From: Adineta vaga | Lineage: Eukaryota; Animalia; Rotifera | Reading direction: 5' to 3' | Length of the DNA: 64,000 nucleotides | Assembly: GCA_021613535.1 (NCBI GenBank) | Contig: CP075494.1 | Coordinates: 1,488,001-1,552,000 of the forward strand | Shown here: one piece after another, positions 63,005 through 64,000 of the stretch | Numbering within the stretch: position 1 is the first letter of the stretch | Layout: each line of letters opens with the position of its first letter | Made by a program: the position numbers and the translations under genes | Notes under the pieces: generated by a model | What the model was told of the DNA's origin: nothing | What the model saw: the letters and a program-made list of their open reading frames with translations, nothing else | Databases searched by the model: none

Positions 63005-63999
63005 ATGTTTCGCTTAACAATATGCACTTTTATCTTTGTTCTTTTGATCACTGCTGTTCGAGCTCCTGGTGGAGGTGGAGGTGGTGGTGGAGGAGGAGGA
63101 TATCGTGGTGGTTTTATTAGCGGAGGTGGTCGATCTCGTGGTGCAATAGGCAATAGTACTAATGGTAAGCGTAGGAATAATTTAGTTATTTTTTAAAATA
63201 ATACAAAAAGAATTTACCATTCTATGTCTTCATCAACTAATATACTAAGATAACGTTGAGTATTGCCGTTGTTAACACGACTTTCCTATTTTGTTGTTGT
63301 AAAAAGATGTGAGTTAACAAAAATCCTTGTCACATATTTCCGAATACAGATTATAATTTAAAATTTGCATAGTATTATGTTGTTATTTTTCTCAATTTAG
63401 AAACTAACGGTGAACGATGGCTTGCGATAGGATCTAATAGATTTTACAGCATACTGATTATTCTTGCGATCTGTTGTGCAATTGCCTGTTTAGGCTGCTG
63501 TTCTCGCAATCCTTATGAAATGTCTTCTTATAACAATCAAGATGGAATATCACCACGAAACAATACTGACTTTATTCATGATAGCTCGCCACAGAATATT
63601 AGCCAGATGAGTGATCCTTTCAAGACAGGTATTTGGTCTTTCAATTACTATCAATATGGAAAATCGCATGGACCATATCGAATGTCTCTTCAATTCAATC
63701 ATTCATCAAGCATAGTAACTGGTCGAGGAACATATGATGTTGGTGATTTTACTATGGATGGTGTTTTTTCATCTGAAAATTTTCGATTAGGTATCAATCA
63801 AAGATATATAGAAGGCACAGGTGATGCAAATGAAAATTTAGGTCATACATCCATTTTACAAATGGCATGGAATTCGAATCAAAATCAATTTGAAGGTAAA
63901 TGGTATGTTAAAACGCATAAATATACTGGCAATGGAAACTTTCATTTACGTTTCGAGAAAACTGCTATGCCCTTGCTGTATGATGATTCTGCATGTTAA
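63005..63999 (+). CDS. Type I membrane protein with a short Gly-rich ectodomain and an unknown cytoplasmic domain; exons 63005-63164 and 63401-63999
   Basis: Signal peptide, poly-Gly/RGG segment, in-frame GT-AG intron, TM ILIILAICCAIACLGCC, then ORF 63520-63999. Confidence 0.75.
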
Positions 64000-64000
64000 T

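Noticed and set aside
62598-63153. Minus-strand ORFs 62598-63020 and 62965-63153 (poly-Pro)
   Set aside because: The second is the antisense shadow of the poly-Gly exon, and the first has no motif. Other short ORFs overlapping called genes were dismissed for the same reasons.
1-64000. Integrase, recombinase, transposase, reverse transcriptase, tRNA or rRNA genes
   Set aside because: No such motifs were recognised in the ORF track or by reading the sequence.

Overview
AT-rich eukaryotic DNA with short GT-AG introns (mostly 50-60 nt). The gene-family mix (divergent rhodopsin-like GPCRs, ADP-ribosyltransferase-TPR, FG-GAP and Kelch repeat proteins, F-box/LRR, AIG1-like GTPase, astacin) points to a bdelloid rotifer; this is an inference. 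The window holds about 19 apparently intact, mostly unrelated genes, about 7 pseudogenes or fragments, and a cluster of small transposon relics at 15.1-17.7 kb. The most striking feature is a short inverted-repeat element, consensus (CAT)CTTGAGGGTGTGGGTG - variable 15-55 nt spacer - CACCCACACCCTCAAG(ATG). I count 18 two-armed copies and 5 single arms. All lie outside the genes I call, and they divide the region into units of mostly 1-3 genes. The arms are built from TGAGGG/TGTGGG hexamers, which I recall are the bdelloid telomeric repeats, arranged in telomere-fusion polarity. This may be a gene-cassette, boundary or breakage-site system; a decayed MITE family is the null hypothesis. All coordinates were read by eye and no database searches were run.
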